Below the pieces are notes generated by a model that saw only the letters and a list, made by a program, of their open reading frames with translations, was not told the DNA's origin and ran no database searches. Below are positions 1 through 9,782 of a DNA stretch of 44,152 nucleotides, piece after piece. This DNA is from Thermoplasmata archaeon (GTDB lineage Archaea > Thermoplasmatota > Thermoplasmata > Sysuiplasmatales > Sysuiplasmataceae): assembly GCA_021796895.1 (NCBI GenBank), contig JAKABN010000002.1, positions 1 to 44,152 of the forward strand, given 5' to 3'. The stretch's first letter is position 1, and each line of letters opens with the position of its first letter. The translations under genes and the position numbers were made by a program.

Positions 1-29
1 TGCGCCTTCAACTGGAGGACCTTAAATGA
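1..29 (+). CDS. 3' end of the upstream gene, probably the RNA polymerase subunit B (B') C-terminus (partial)
   Basis: Frame 3 reads ...RLQLEDLK then TGA. The TGA (27-29) overlaps the rpoA1 ATG (26-28) as ATGA, which fits the conserved archaeal rpoB-rpoA1 order. Only 9 codons are visible. Confidence 0.35.
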
Positions 30-2836
30 TTGCAAGGGGAGTTTCCAAGAGAATTTCGTCGATCAGGTTTGCGCTGCTTTCGCCTGACGAGATAAGAAAG
101 ATGTCCGCAGTCAAGATCATCACTGCAGACACTTACGACGACGACGGCTTTCCGATAGACATGGGACTAATGGACCTTCACCTTGGTGTCATAGAACCGG
201 GGCTGAGGTGCAAGACATGCGGACGCAAGGTGGACGAATGTCCAGGCCATTTCGGGCACATAGACCTGGCCATGAACGTTATACACGTTGGCTATGTCAA
301 AGAGATAAAGAAGCTGCTCGAGGCGACATGCAGGAAGTGCGGCAAACTTCTGCTGACAAAGGAGCAGGCTGACGAATTCCGCAAGAGCATGGAACGCGTG
401 GAGGAATTCGGCGGAGACGTTGCGGACATAGGGCTCGTTACGAAGGAAACTGTCAGGGAAGCGGCATCGACGGCCGTCTGTCCACACTGCGGTGCCACGA
501 GGGCCAAGATAACGCTTGACAAGCCGACCAGCTTCAGGGAGGAAGGACACAAGCTCACGCCAAAGGAGGTAAGAGAGAGGCTGGAGCGCATACCCGATTC
601 CGACATCATACCGCTCGGACTCGATCCCAGGGTGTGCAGGCCGGAATGGATGATCCTCACTGCCCTGCCAGTCCCGCCTGTGACCGTGCGGCCTTCGATT
701 ACGCTCGAATCGGGCGACAGATCTGAAGATGATCTTACTCACAAGCTCGTAGACGTGCTGCGCATTAACCAGCGCCTTCGGGAGAACCGCGACGCCGGCG
801 CACCGCAGCTGATTGTGGAGGATCTGTGGGAACTGCTGCAATACCATGTCACGACATACTTCGACAACCAGACATCCGGGCTGCCACCTGCCAGACACAG
901 GAGCGGCAGGCCTCTGAAAACACTCGTGCAGAGACTCAAGGGGAAGGAGGGAAGATTCAGATCGAACCTGAGCGGAAAGAGAGTCAATTTTTCTGCCAGA
1001 ACCGTTATTTCACCGGACCCGCTTCTTTCCATAAACGAAGTAGGAGTTCCGGTTGAAGCTGCAAAAGAGCTCACCATGCCCCTGACGGTGAATCCTTACA
1101 ACATAGATGCACTGAAGGAGATGGTTGGCAGGGGACCGGATCCAGTCGCAGTTGTCGGCGAAGGCAGATCCAGATATCTGCCAGGCGTCAACTATGTCAT
1201 AAGACCGGACGGAAGAAGGATCAAGGTAACTGACAAGAATGCGGGTCAGGTCTCCGAAATGCTCGAACTGGGCTTCATCGTGGAGAGGCATCTGGCGGAC
1301 GGCGACATAGTGCTGTTCAACAGGCAGCCGTCGCTTCACAGAATGTCGATGATGGGGCACGAAGTGAGAGTCATGCCCAGCAGGACATTCCGTCTGAGCC
1401 TGAGCGTGTGCCCGCCGTACAATGCAGATTTCGACGGCGACGAAATGAACATGCACGCACTGCAGAGCGAGGAGGCAAGGGCGGAAGCCAAGGTGCTGAT
1501 GAGGGTGCAGGAGCACGTCCTCTCCCCGAGGTTCGGCGGACCGGTCATCGGCGCAATACACGATCACATCACCGGTTCCTTCCTCCTCACATACATGAAT
1601 GCGATGTTCACAAAGGAGGAAACCATGATCATACTCTCCAGCGTGAAGAAGCACAGGGAACTCCCCAAACCGATGTTCACCGGGGTGAACGGGAATGATA
1701 AATGGAGCGGAAAGCAGCTCTTCTCCCTGATCCTGCCTGACACGCTCAACATGGCATTCAAGTCATCCATCTGCATAAACTGCGAACCGTGCATTTACGA
1801 GAAATGCCAGTATGATGCCTATGTCAGGATCAAGGACGGTAACTTTGAAGTGGGCACAATCGACGAGAAGGCGATCGGTTCGTTCAAGGGCAAGATTATC
1901 GACAAGCTCGCGAGGGACTACGGCTCCGATGTCGTGAGGGATTTCATCGACAACGCCACGAAGATGAGCATAGCCTCCATAATGATCAGGGGGTTCAGCG
2001 CTGGACTTGCCGACGAGGACATACCAGGGGATGCGAAGAAGAGGATATCCGATTCACTGGAGACCGCAGTGAAGCGCGTCGAAGAACTCGTCACCATGTA
2101 CAAGAACGGCGAACTCGAACAGATGCCGGGCAGGTCGATGGAGGAGACGCTCGAAGTCGAAGTCATGAAGGTTCTCGGCCGTGCGAGAGACGAGGCGGGC
2201 AACATAGCAGGTCAGTACCTCGGAATGGAGAACTCGGCAGTCATAATGGCCAAGTGCGGCGCCAGGGGTTCAATGCTCAACCTGTCGCAGATGGCCGGAT
2301 GCATTGGACAGCAGGCTGTCAGAGGAGAAAGGCTGTCCAGAGGATACTGGAACAGGACTCTTCCGCATTTCAAGCAGGGAGATCTCGGCGCACAGGCCAA
2401 GGGTTTCGTCAAGCACAGCTACAAGGATGGCCTGACTGCAACTGAGTTCTTCTTCCACAGCATGGGAGGAAGGGAAGGACTCGTCGACACTGCTGTCAGG
2501 ACTTCGAGGTCCGGCTACATGCAGAGAAGGCTGATCAATGCTCTTGAGGATATCAAGGTCACCGAGGACAGAACGGTCCGCAACACCGCCGACTCCATCG
2601 TCCAGCTATTCTACGGTGAGGACGGCGTTGACCCGTGCAGGAGCGTCCAGGGCGACGCGGTGGACGTCGACGGCATACTGATAGAGGCACTGGGCGACGA
2701 GGCTCAGCTTCTTGCCAAGATTGACGAAAAGAGGACCGGCGCTTACGCCACAATAGAGAATGACATGATGGAAGGACAGGAGGAAGAGGAAGTGGAGGAA
2801 ACAGACTACGACCTCGGAGATGGTGAGGAGCAATGA
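26..2836 (+). CDS. rpoA1: DNA-directed RNA polymerase subunit A' (936 aa)
   Basis: Zinc-binding CxxC/CPGHFGH motif near the N-terminus, the catalytic [10 protein letters not shown] motif, and [13 protein letters not shown]. Ends in an acidic tail. Its stop overlaps the rpoA2 start (ATGA at 2833). Confidence 0.97.
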   Translation: MIARGVSKRISSIRFALLSPDEIRKMSAVKIITADTYDDDGFPIDMGLMDLHLGVIEPGLRCKTCGRKVDECPGHFGHIDLAMNVIHVGYVKEIKKLLEATCRKCGKLLLTKEQADEFRKSMERVEEFGGDVADIGLVTKETVREAASTAVCPHCGATRAKITLDKPTSFREEGHKLTPKEVRERLERIPDSDIIPLGLDPRVCRPEWMILTALPVPPVTVRPSITLESGDRSEDDLTHKLVDVLRINQRLRENRDAGAPQLIVEDLWELLQYHVTTYFDNQTSGLPPARHRSGRPLKTLVQRLKGKEGRFRSNLSGKRVNFSARTVISPDPLLSINEVGVPVEAAKELTMPLTVNPYNIDALKEMVGRGPDPVAVVGEGRSRYLPGVNYVIRPDGRRIKVTDKNAGQVSEMLELGFIVERHLADGDIVLFNRQPSLHRMSMMGHEVRVMPSRTFRLSLSVCPPYNADFDGDEMNMHALQSEEARAEAKVLMRVQEHVLSPRFGGPVIGAIHDHITGSFLLTYMNAMFTKEETMIILSSVKKHRELPKPMFTGVNGNDKWSGKQLFSLILPDTLNMAFKSSICINCEPCIYEKCQYDAYVRIKDGNFEVGTIDEKAIGSFKGKIIDKLARDYGSDVVRDFIDNATKMSIASIMIRGFSAGLADEDIPGDAKKRISDSLETAVKRVEELVTMYKNGELEQMPGRSMEETLEVEVMKVLGRARDEAGNIAGQYLGMENSAVIMAKCGARGSMLNLSQMAGCIGQQAVRGERLSRGYWNRTLPHFKQGDLGAQAKGFVKHSYKDGLTATEFFFHSMGGREGLVDTAVRTSRSGYMQRRLINALEDIKVTEDRTVRNTADSIVQLFYGEDGVDPCRSVQGDAVDVDGILIEALGDEAQLLAKIDEKRTGAYATIENDMMEGQEEEEVEETDYDLGDGEEQ

Positions 2837-4161
2837 AGGCGCGTACGACGAAGAAGAAGCCGAAGCAGGCAACCGGCGAGCTGGACACCTATGTAGAGCG
2901 GAAGGCACGGGTTGGAAGCGAGCTGCAGGTGCGGCTGGCAAAACTGCTCTCAGATATGGAAAGGACTCTGCCCGAGAGCGTCATAGAGAAAGTGTCGAAA
3001 AGGATTGAGGGCATCGAAGTCAGAGACTCCACGCTCAGGAAGATACTGACGAAGGCGTGCGACAGATACGACGGGCATCTCATAGACCCGAATGAATCTG
3101 CGGGCATCATCGCGGCCCAGAGCATAGGGGAGCCTGGAACGCAGATGACAATGCGTACATTCCACTATGCCGGCGTCGCTGAAATCAACGTCACGCTCGG
3201 TCTGCCGAGACTCATAGAGATTGTGGACGCGAGGAGGGCGCCGAGTACACCGATGATGGAAGTGCACATCGCCAGTGAGTTCGCGGAGGATCGCAACATC
3301 GCCATGTGGGTGAGCAACAGAATAGAGATAGCGTCACTGCTCGACGTCGCTTCGCTGGAAACAGATCTTGCGGGCATGAAAGTGCACATACTGCCCGATG
3401 CCGAGAGAATGAAGAGGAAGGGTATAACGGAACAGGTGATATTCGACGCGCTCCAGCAGTCCAGGGGACTCAAGGACATTGTCTCTTACGCTCCTTCCAA
3501 GGGCATCTCCATAGAGGTGCAGGAACCGTCATTCAGGCTGCTCCACCAGAAATCGGAAATTGCGAAGGAGACGAGAATCAAGGGCGTCACGAACATAACG
3601 AGGGCTGTGCTGAAGAAGGAAGGCGCCGAGTATGTAATTTATACAGAAGGATCCAATCTCGAGGAAATACTCTCGCTGGAACTCACATACGGCCAGTATG
3701 TAGAATCAGAAGACAGGAAGCTCTTCGGGGAACTCCGCACAGACAATCCGGCAAAGCTCGCCGCTCCGCTCATAGACAAATCGAAGGTTACGACGAACAA
3801 CATCGAGGAGATATACTCCGTTCTCGGTGTGGAAGCGGCAAGAAATGCCATCATCAGCGAGGCATCGCAGACGCTGGAGGAACAGGGTCTTGTCGTGGAC
3901 ATAAGGCACATCATGCTCGTGGCGGACATGATGACAAACGACGGCAGCGTCAAGGCGATCGGCAGGCACGGCATCTCGGGGCGCAAGTCGAGTGTGCTGG
4001 CAAGGGCTGCGTTCGAAATAACTTCGACGCATCTGCTCCGCGCAGCCATAATCGGCGAGGAGGATCATCTCGACGGGGTAGCGGAAAACATTATAGTCGG
4101 ACAACCGGTTACACTGGGCACCGGCGCAGTCAACGTGGAGTATGTGCCCGGCAAGAAGTGA
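2833..4161 (+). CDS. rpoA2: DNA-directed RNA polymerase subunit A'' (442 aa)
   Basis: [22 protein letters not shown] trigger-loop region and a C-terminal GxxVxLGTG-like end. Lies immediately downstream of, and coupled to, rpoA1. Confidence 0.95.
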   Translation: MKARTTKKKPKQATGELDTYVERKARVGSELQVRLAKLLSDMERTLPESVIEKVSKRIEGIEVRDSTLRKILTKACDRYDGHLIDPNESAGIIAAQSIGEPGTQMTMRTFHYAGVAEINVTLGLPRLIEIVDARRAPSTPMMEVHIASEFAEDRNIAMWVSNRIEIASLLDVASLETDLAGMKVHILPDAERMKRKGITEQVIFDALQQSRGLKDIVSYAPSKGISIEVQEPSFRLLHQKSEIAKETRIKGVTNITRAVLKKEGAEYVIYTEGSNLEEILSLELTYGQYVESEDRKLFGELRTDNPAKLAAPLIDKSKVTTNNIEEIYSVLGVEAARNAIISEASQTLEEQGLVVDIRHIMLVADMMTNDGSVKAIGRHGISGRKSSVLARAAFEITSTHLLRAAIIGEEDHLDGVAENIIVGQPVTLGTGAVNVEYVPGKK

Positions 4162-4166
4162 TTTAC

Positions 4167-4442
4167 ATGGATATCGACAACGCACTGAAACTCGCCGTCG
4201 CGGACGGTAAGGTCATTATCGGGGAGAGAGAAGTGGAAAGATGCCTGGGGAAGAAGAAGGCAAAGGCAGTGATATACTCATCAAACGCGCCCAGAGCTGC
4301 ACACTACGCGAGACTGAGGAGCGTCAGGACACACAGATATGGCGGCGGCAGCATAGAACTCGGCGTCGCGTGCGGCAAACCTTTCAGCGTTTCGGTCGTT
4401 GCCATTACCGATGAGGGTTCTGCGTCCCTTCTCGGAGCGTAA
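4167..4442 (+). CDS. rpl30e: 50S ribosomal protein L30e (91 aa)
   Basis: MDIDNALKLAVADGKVIIGEREV...SIELGVACGKPFSVSVVAITDEG resembles archaeal L30e. This is the last 91 codons of the 3306..4442 track ORF, starting at the first ATG after the rpoA2 stop. It occupies the canonical position after rpoA2. Confidence 0.9.
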   Translation: MDIDNALKLAVADGKVIIGEREVERCLGKKKAKAVIYSSNAPRAAHYARLRSVRTHRYGGGSIELGVACGKPFSVSVVAITDEGSASLLGA

Positions 4443-4447
4443 CGCTC

Positions 4448-4873
4448 TTGCAGAAGATGAAATTCAATTCGGACACGCTGCGTTACATATCGATGTTCGA
4501 AAGCGTGACGCACTGCCAGATCAAGGATTGCCTTGACACACCGGACAAGCTTGTCTTCGTGGTCGTGCAGGGGCAGGCACAGAGAGCCGTCGGTTCGAAG
4601 GGCGCAAACGCAATCAGGATGAAGCAGCTGACCGGCAAGGACATACAGATCATAGAGTTTTCCGACGAGCCTGTCCAGTTCGTCAAGAATGTGTTCCACA
4701 ACTACGGCGTGAAGGACGTCGTGCTCGAGGAGAGAGGAAACATCATGCATGCGACCGTCACGGTGGATCCGACGGTAAAGGGAAGGGCCATCGGAAAAGA
4801 AGGGAAGAATCTCAGAATCGCCAGAGACATTGTTAACAGGCATCACAACATACAGAGCGTCAGCGTCGCGTGA
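4448..4873 (+). CDS. nusA: Archaeal NusA-like transcription termination/antitermination factor (two KH domains)
   Basis: About 140 aa with GSKGANAIRMKQL and GKEGKNLRIARDIV (GxxG KH motifs). Conserved position after L30e. The start could instead be the ATG at 4457. Confidence 0.85.
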   Translation: MQKMKFNSDTLRYISMFESVTHCQIKDCLDTPDKLVFVVVQGQAQRAVGSKGANAIRMKQLTGKDIQIIEFSDEPVQFVKNVFHNYGVKDVVLEERGNIMHATVTVDPTVKGRAIGKEGKNLRIARDIVNRHHNIQSVSVA

Positions 4874-5930
4874 GAGGACGCCTCTCCACTTCGGTTTTTT
4901 CGGCCGACGGGTATTCCTCCACTATGAATGTCCCGGCACCGACTTCCGGTGCGATCTCCTCCGCTATCCAGGGAGCTATCTCGATTCTTCCTCTCTGCCG
5001 ATCCGCGCGTATGAATTTCGCGGGTATGCCGAATTTCTTCTTTATCAGCGGAAGGGAGCGTTCAGGATCTGCTGTTTCTATGATGCCCCTTACCAGCGTG
5101 CCGTCGCCGGTGACCACGTCCCCGCTCCACCTGACGACTTCCGCCATGCGCTTCATCCTCTCGCGCAGCTGCACGGAATCCTTGAACGAGGACGGGCAGT
5201 AGTGCACAGGAATCGGAAAACTGCGGCGCACGGTGCCCTCGGCCGCTGCGGCGCTGCCGGCGATCGAGTTAGAGTAGTCGTTGGCGAGTTCATATCCCTT
5301 CGAGCGCAGATTCGCAGCATTGCTCTCTGACATTTCCAGCTCGTTGAGATTGACGAACTGTGCGCCGGAGCCTGCCGCGGCGTCTATGAGTTCCGCAAGC
5401 TCTCTCTCCATGCCGGGTATTGCCGGCACCTCGAGACCGGTCCTCATGCCGAGTGCGCGCGACTCCTTAACCATTCTGTCAAAGTTGGTGCCGCTGAATC
5501 TGCTCCATGTGGACTCTGGCGGATGTATCCTTATTTCGTCGAGTCCCGCCTCTGCAATCAGGGGGAGCGCACGCAGGTTGGGCCTGCCGGTGTAGAGGTG
5601 AATGTGGTGCGAGCCGCCGAACGCACCCTTGAGCAGAGAGATATAATGCGCCGTTCTCTCAGGCACGATGAGAGGATCGCCTCCGGTGATGCCCGTGCCG
5701 AGCGCGCGCATCCTTCTTGCCTCGTCCAGTATGTCCCCGTCGGATGAGACGAGCCTTTCGTTTGCATAGACCGCATCCACATTGGCCCGCCTGAACGAGA
5801 CAGGGCAGTAGAAGCAGCCGACGTCGCACACTCCCGTAACGAATAACACCATCTTCGCTCCCCTGATGCACTGGGTGCATCCGCGAGCGAGCGATCCAGA
5901 GTAAAGACCGTCGCCCGGCGTGTCCTTCAT
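4860..5930 (-). CDS. Radical SAM protein (archaeal family related to pyruvate formate-lyase activase)
   Basis: CDVGCFYC (Cx3Cx2C) lies about 35 aa from the proposed start MKDTPGDG...CTQCIRGAKMVLFVTG. The start is set at 5930 because the longer track ORF overlaps the divergent gene at 6043 and a TATA-like ACATATAT lies about 26 nt upstream of 5930. Confidence 0.8.
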   Translation of the reverse strand: MKDTPGDGLYSGSLARGCTQCIRGAKMVLFVTGVCDVGCFYCPVSFRRANVDAVYANERLVSSDGDILDEARRMRALGTGITGGDPLIVPERTAHYISLLKGAFGGSHHIHLYTGRPNLRALPLIAEAGLDEIRIHPPESTWSRFSGTNFDRMVKESRALGMRTGLEVPAIPGMERELAELIDAAAGSGAQFVNLNELEMSESNAANLRSKGYELANDYSNSIAGSAAAAEGTVRRSFPIPVHYCPSSFKDSVQLRERMKRMAEVVRWSGDVVTGDGTLVRGIIETADPERSLPLIKKKFGIPAKFIRADRQRGRIEIAPWIAEEIAPEVGAGTFIVEEYPSAEKTEVERRPLTRR

Positions 5931-6042
5931 GAATTCAAAGTAGAGGAAAGGGATATATGTAGATTGATGCCGCCAGGAGACAGCACCGCGCCTCTGCATC
6001 ATTCGGCAACCGGTTATGTATCCGTGTGAAATTACGTGAAGC

Positions 6043-6627
6043 ATGCGCAGGAAGAGATATCTCGTCAGGATCGCGAATTCCGACTCCATTCCTGTCTCGC
6101 AATACCGGAATGTCAGGGAAAAATTACGCTCTGCACTGGAGGTATGGGGATGCATCCTGAACAGTTCGCGAATATCCTCCGTGGCGATTGAGGCTGATTT
6201 TTTCGCCCCCGATGACGGTGCATCCGAAAAAGCGGTCGGTCTCCTTTCAAGGATAGACAGACTCCTCACTGTCACCGTGCTTTCCGATGAAGCCGAGGAG
6301 CATGGAAACACGGAAGAGGTGCTCGAGCGTTCAAGACTGCTTTTCAATGAGGAGAGGTTCTGGGAGGTGCATGAGACCGTTGAGGGAATATGGCGTAAAG
6401 CTGAGGGAGCAGAGAAAACCGTCCAGCAGGGCATCATACTGTATGCGGCGGCATACGTGCACCATCAGAAAAACGAGCCGGAAACGGCACTGGCGATGCT
6501 GAAGAGGGCGACGGACAAGATGGTATGGCCTGGTGACAGCTACCACTGCTTTGACCTCGGGCTGATGAAGAGAAAAGCGTCAGGCATGATAGCGGACGGA
6601 ACGGTGGAGGTATTCAGATTACCGTGA
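6043..6627 (+). CDS. DUF309-domain protein with an uncharacterised ~85-aa N-terminal region
   Basis: The C-terminal half, FNEERFWEVHETVEGIWRKAEG...QGIILYAAAYVHHQKNEPETALAMLKRA, matches my recollection of the DUF309 helical domain. The N-terminal region is unrecognised. Confidence 0.6.
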   Translation: MRRKRYLVRIANSDSIPVSQYRNVREKLRSALEVWGCILNSSRISSVAIEADFFAPDDGASEKAVGLLSRIDRLLTVTVLSDEAEEHGNTEEVLERSRLLFNEERFWEVHETVEGIWRKAEGAEKTVQQGIILYAAAYVHHQKNEPETALAMLKRATDKMVWPGDSYHCFDLGLMKRKASGMIADGTVEVFRLP

Positions 6628-6690
6628 CAAGTGCACTTTTCGGGCATCGGCGTAATGCATTCGGCTCCTTTCTCCGGAGGAATCGCTTGC

Positions 6691-6720
6691 AGTAAGTATT
6701 TTATAGAAGTGCTTACTTAC
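6691..6720 (+). promoter_or_regulatory. Thermosome promoter: TATA box TATTTTATAG (6697-6706) bracketed by the inverted repeat AGTAAG / CTTACT
   Basis: Seen directly. It is the strongest TATA-like element in the 172-nt region upstream of ths, about 95 nt before the ATG, which has its own GAGGT Shine-Dalgarno. Confidence 0.45.
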
Positions 6721-6799
6721 CAACATCAAACTTCAGGACATTGACCGGACAAAATACCATAGCGATGTCCGGCTGCCTGGTAAATCTAGAGGTAAGAAA

Positions 6800-8437
6800 A
6801 TGATAGGACAAGCGGGAAACACACCAATACTGGTTTTGAAGGAAGGAACAAGAAGAGAGAAGGGCAAGGGGGCCCAATTCGAAAACATCTCCGCGGCAAA
6901 GGCTATTGCCGACGCGGTGAGAACTACACTGGGACCCCGGGGAATGGACAAGATGCTCGTTGGCGGCCTGGGAGACGTGACCATTACCAACGACGGAGTC
7001 ACAATTCTGAAGGAGCTTGAAGTCGAGCACCCTGCAGCCAAGATGATCATCGAAGTTGCAAAGACTCAGGATGAAGAGGCCGGGGACGGAACAACAACCT
7101 CTGTGGTCCTTGCCGGAGAACTGCTGAAGAAGGCGGAGTCGCTCATAGAGCGGAACGTTCATCCGACTGTTATCATAAAAGGATACAGGATGGCTGAAAG
7201 CAAGGCAATAGAAGTGCTAGAAAAAGTATCGCTGCCTGTTTCCATAAAGGACAAAGACATACTGAATGACATAGCCAGAACTGCCATGTACAGCAAGAGC
7301 GCAAGCAGCTCGATGGAGGTACTGGCAAAGATTTCGGTAGATGCCGTGGCGGCCATAGCAGAGGAGAGGGACGGCAAGTACCTTGTCGACGACGACAACA
7401 TACAGTTTGTCAAGAAACATGGTGCGAGCATTGACGAGACGGAGCTCATTTCAGGCATCATTGTGGACAAGGAGGCAACCCACACTGCCATGCCGAAGCT
7501 CGTCGAGAAAGCCAGGATTGCTCTGCTTGACGCAGCGCTGGAAATCAAGAAGACAGAGATTGATGCAAAGATCGAAATAACCGATCCGTCGAAGCTCCAG
7601 CAGTTCCTTGCTGAAGAGGAAAACATGATAAAGCGCATGGTTGAGAAGGTGAAACAGAGCGGCGCAAACGTCGTCTTCTGCCAGAAGGGAATAGACGATC
7701 TGGCTGCGCACTATCTCTCCAAGGACAAAATATATGCCGTCAAGAGAGTGAAGAAGTCTGACATGGAGAAACTGGCCAAGGCAACCGGTGCAAACATAAT
7801 CAGCCGCATAGATGACCTCGCTTCTGCGGACCTGGGCAACGCTCAGCTCGTGGAGGAAAAGAAGGTCCTGGACGACAGGATGACGTTCGTGACCGGATGC
7901 AAGAATCCGAAGGCCGTTTCCATACTCATACGCGGCGGGACAGAGCATGTCGTAGACGAAATTGAGAGATCGCTCGTCGATGCCACAAGCGTTGTCGCAG
8001 TCGCTATAGAGGACGGCAGAATGGCCTACGGCGGAGGGGCCACGGCCACCGAGCTCGCCCTTAAACTCGGGGATTACGCGACTTCTGTCGGCGGAAGGGA
8101 GCAGATTGCAATCGAGGCATACGCTGAAGCATTTGAAGTCATTCCGACGACACTTGCGGAGAATGCCGGTCTGGACCCGATTGACATACTCATCGACATC
8201 AGAAAGGCGCACAAGAGCGGACAGGTTTCCGCTGGCGTCAACGTGATCACGGGAAAGGTTGGAGACATGAAGAGGGAGAAGGTCATCGAGCCGATAAGGG
8301 TAGGCAAGCAGGCCATACACTCTTCCACCGACGCTGCCGTGATGATACTGAAGATCGACGATGTGATAGCGTCGAAGGCCAAAGACATGACGCCACCCAA
8401 GGGCGGGGCCGGCGGCATGGGCGGCGAAGACTACTGA
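6800..8437 (+). CDS. ths: Thermosome subunit (group II chaperonin, 545 aa)
   Basis: [21 protein letters not shown] and GDGTTT (ATP-binding) motifs, plus a Gly/Met-rich C-terminal tail [16 protein letters not shown] Shine-Dalgarno 8 nt upstream. Confidence 0.97.
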   Translation: MIGQAGNTPILVLKEGTRREKGKGAQFENISAAKAIADAVRTTLGPRGMDKMLVGGLGDVTITNDGVTILKELEVEHPAAKMIIEVAKTQDEEAGDGTTTSVVLAGELLKKAESLIERNVHPTVIIKGYRMAESKAIEVLEKVSLPVSIKDKDILNDIARTAMYSKSASSSMEVLAKISVDAVAAIAEERDGKYLVDDDNIQFVKKHGASIDETELISGIIVDKEATHTAMPKLVEKARIALLDAALEIKKTEIDAKIEITDPSKLQQFLAEEENMIKRMVEKVKQSGANVVFCQKGIDDLAAHYLSKDKIYAVKRVKKSDMEKLAKATGANIISRIDDLASADLGNAQLVEEKKVLDDRMTFVTGCKNPKAVSILIRGGTEHVVDEIERSLVDATSVVAVAIEDGRMAYGGGATATELALKLGDYATSVGGREQIAIEAYAEAFEVIPTTLAENAGLDPIDILIDIRKAHKSGQVSAGVNVITGKVGDMKREKVIEPIRVGKQAIHSSTDAAVMILKIDDVIASKAKDMTPPKGGAGGMGGEDY

Positions 8438-8551
8438 GCCGCTGGCATTACGGATCGCAAACAAACCACTTACTTCTTTTCATTTTACCAAATAATGCCA
8501 CTGTGCGTCGAAAGCATTAAATTTCATGTGCATGTTCAATTTGTGATAGTT

Positions 8552-8764
8552 ATGGTAATGCCTCTCGTATTGCTTGAGAAATCACTTAACAAACGCGTGA
8601 CGCTTCTTCTTAAGGACAGCAGAATGCTCGAAGGCAGACTTGTCGGATACGACGAATTCATGAATCTGGTGCTGGAAGATACCGAAGAGAGGACCGCAGA
8701 TCAGACCAGGAAGATCGGTTCCGTCATACTCAGGGGAAACAACGTGGTGTCAATATCCCCATGA
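8552..8764 (+). CDS. Sm-like archaeal protein (SmAP/LSm, ~70 aa)
   Basis: Sm1 and Sm2 motifs: VTLLLKDSRMLEGRLVGYDEFMNLVLEDTEE ... SVILRGNNVVSISP. Internal ATG chosen because the upstream part of the track ORF has no Sm similarity. Confidence 0.85.
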   Translation: MVMPLVLLEKSLNKRVTLLLKDSRMLEGRLVGYDEFMNLVLEDTEERTADQTRKIGSVILRGNNVVSISP

Positions 8765-8796
8765 GCGTGTTGCTGCCGGCGGGGTGATTCCGTTTT

Positions 8797-9771
8797 TTGA
8801 CAGATGCAGTTATTCTCGCCGGGGGTCTAGGCACAAGGCTGAGACCCCTGACTGAAAATATACCCAAACCCCTCGTGAAACTGGCTGGGATCCCGCTCAT
8901 CAGGAGGATTGTGGACAGCATACCAGGCGACATAGAACGTGTGTTCGTGGCCGCCGGATACAGGGCTGACAAACTCTCTGATTATTTTAAAAACGACCGC
9001 GACGCGGGTGAAAGAGACGTGCGGGTGGTGCCGGAGGAAAATGCGCTGGGTACTGCGGGAGCGCTCTGGAACCTGCGCAACGAACTCGGCGACGAATTTG
9101 TGGTATTCAACGGAGACGTGGTTTCCAGCCTTGATGTTTCCAGCGCCATATCATTCCACAGAAGCATGAATGCGACGGCGACGATATCCGCGTGGGAAGT
9201 CGATGATACGGAGGCCTACGGCGTGCTGCGCATTGATGCGGAAGACAGGATAACCGGATTCGTTGAAAAGCCGAAGAAGGAGGAGGCGGTCAGCAGGCTG
9301 ATCAATGCAGGCACCTATGTCATGAACAGACATGTGTTTGATTTCATGAATGGCAGCTCGTTCTCACTGGAGAGAGAAGTGTTTCCCGCACTCTGTTCGG
9401 ATCGTATTTTCGGATACCGTTTTCACGGGCACTGGATTGACTGCGGCTCGCTTGGCGCCTATCTCCAGGCGCAGTCTACGGTCATGATTTCGGAACGAAG
9501 AGGCATACAGAAAGGAGCAAGGCTGGAAGGCTGTCTGATTGAGAGACCCGTTTCCATCGAGAGGGGAGCCAGGGTCCGTGGAGCGAGAATCGGCCCGAAT
9601 GTATACGTCGAGGCAGGAAGCGCTGTGGATGAGGGCAGCAGGCTTGACAACTGTGTGGTCATGGAAGGGGCGAAAGTCGGTTGCGGATGTTCTGTCAGCG
9701 GCAGCATCATAGGCCCGGATTGCACACTTCCGGACAATGCAGTGAGTCATAATCAAATATTGGTGAAGTAA
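8797..9771 (+). CDS. NDP-sugar pyrophosphorylase (sugar-1-phosphate nucleotidyltransferase with a C-terminal left-handed beta-helix)
   Basis: N-terminal AVILAGGLGTRLRPLTENIPKPL signature and a C-terminal hexapeptide-repeat-like region. TTG start. Confidence 0.8.
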   Translation: MTDAVILAGGLGTRLRPLTENIPKPLVKLAGIPLIRRIVDSIPGDIERVFVAAGYRADKLSDYFKNDRDAGERDVRVVPEENALGTAGALWNLRNELGDEFVVFNGDVVSSLDVSSAISFHRSMNATATISAWEVDDTEAYGVLRIDAEDRITGFVEKPKKEEAVSRLINAGTYVMNRHVFDFMNGSSFSLEREVFPALCSDRIFGYRFHGHWIDCGSLGAYLQAQSTVMISERRGIQKGARLEGCLIERPVSIERGARVRGARIGPNVYVEAGSAVDEGSRLDNCVVMEGAKVGCGCSVSGSIIGPDCTLPDNAVSHNQILVK

Positions 9772-9782
9772 TAGGCTCTGAC

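Noticed and set aside
167-2941. Numerous 60-240-aa ORFs antisense to or out of frame with rpoA1 (for example 167..898, 1010..1654, 2559..2888)
   Set aside because: They lie entirely within a very confidently identified gene. They are rich in Arg/Ser/Leu/Cys, as expected for wrong-frame translation of GC-moderate coding DNA, and have no motifs.
3306-4166. Upstream 287 codons of the 378-aa track ORF 3306..4442
   Set aside because: This part is an alternative frame of rpoA2 with Arg/Gly-rich nonsense sequence. Only the last 91 codons (4167..4442) look like L30e, and they start at the first ATG after the rpoA2 stop.
5931-6437. N-terminal 169-aa extension of the radical SAM track ORF (4860..6437)
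   Set aside because: It is Ser-rich and non-homologous, and it overlaps the divergent DUF309 gene. The family normally starts about 35 aa before the Cx3Cx2C motif, and a TATA-like box sits about 26 nt upstream of the ATG at 5930.
7451-8464. 337-aa ORF antisense to the thermosome gene
   Set aside because: It is fully contained in a highly conserved chaperonin gene. It shows a wrong-frame composition and no recognisable domain.
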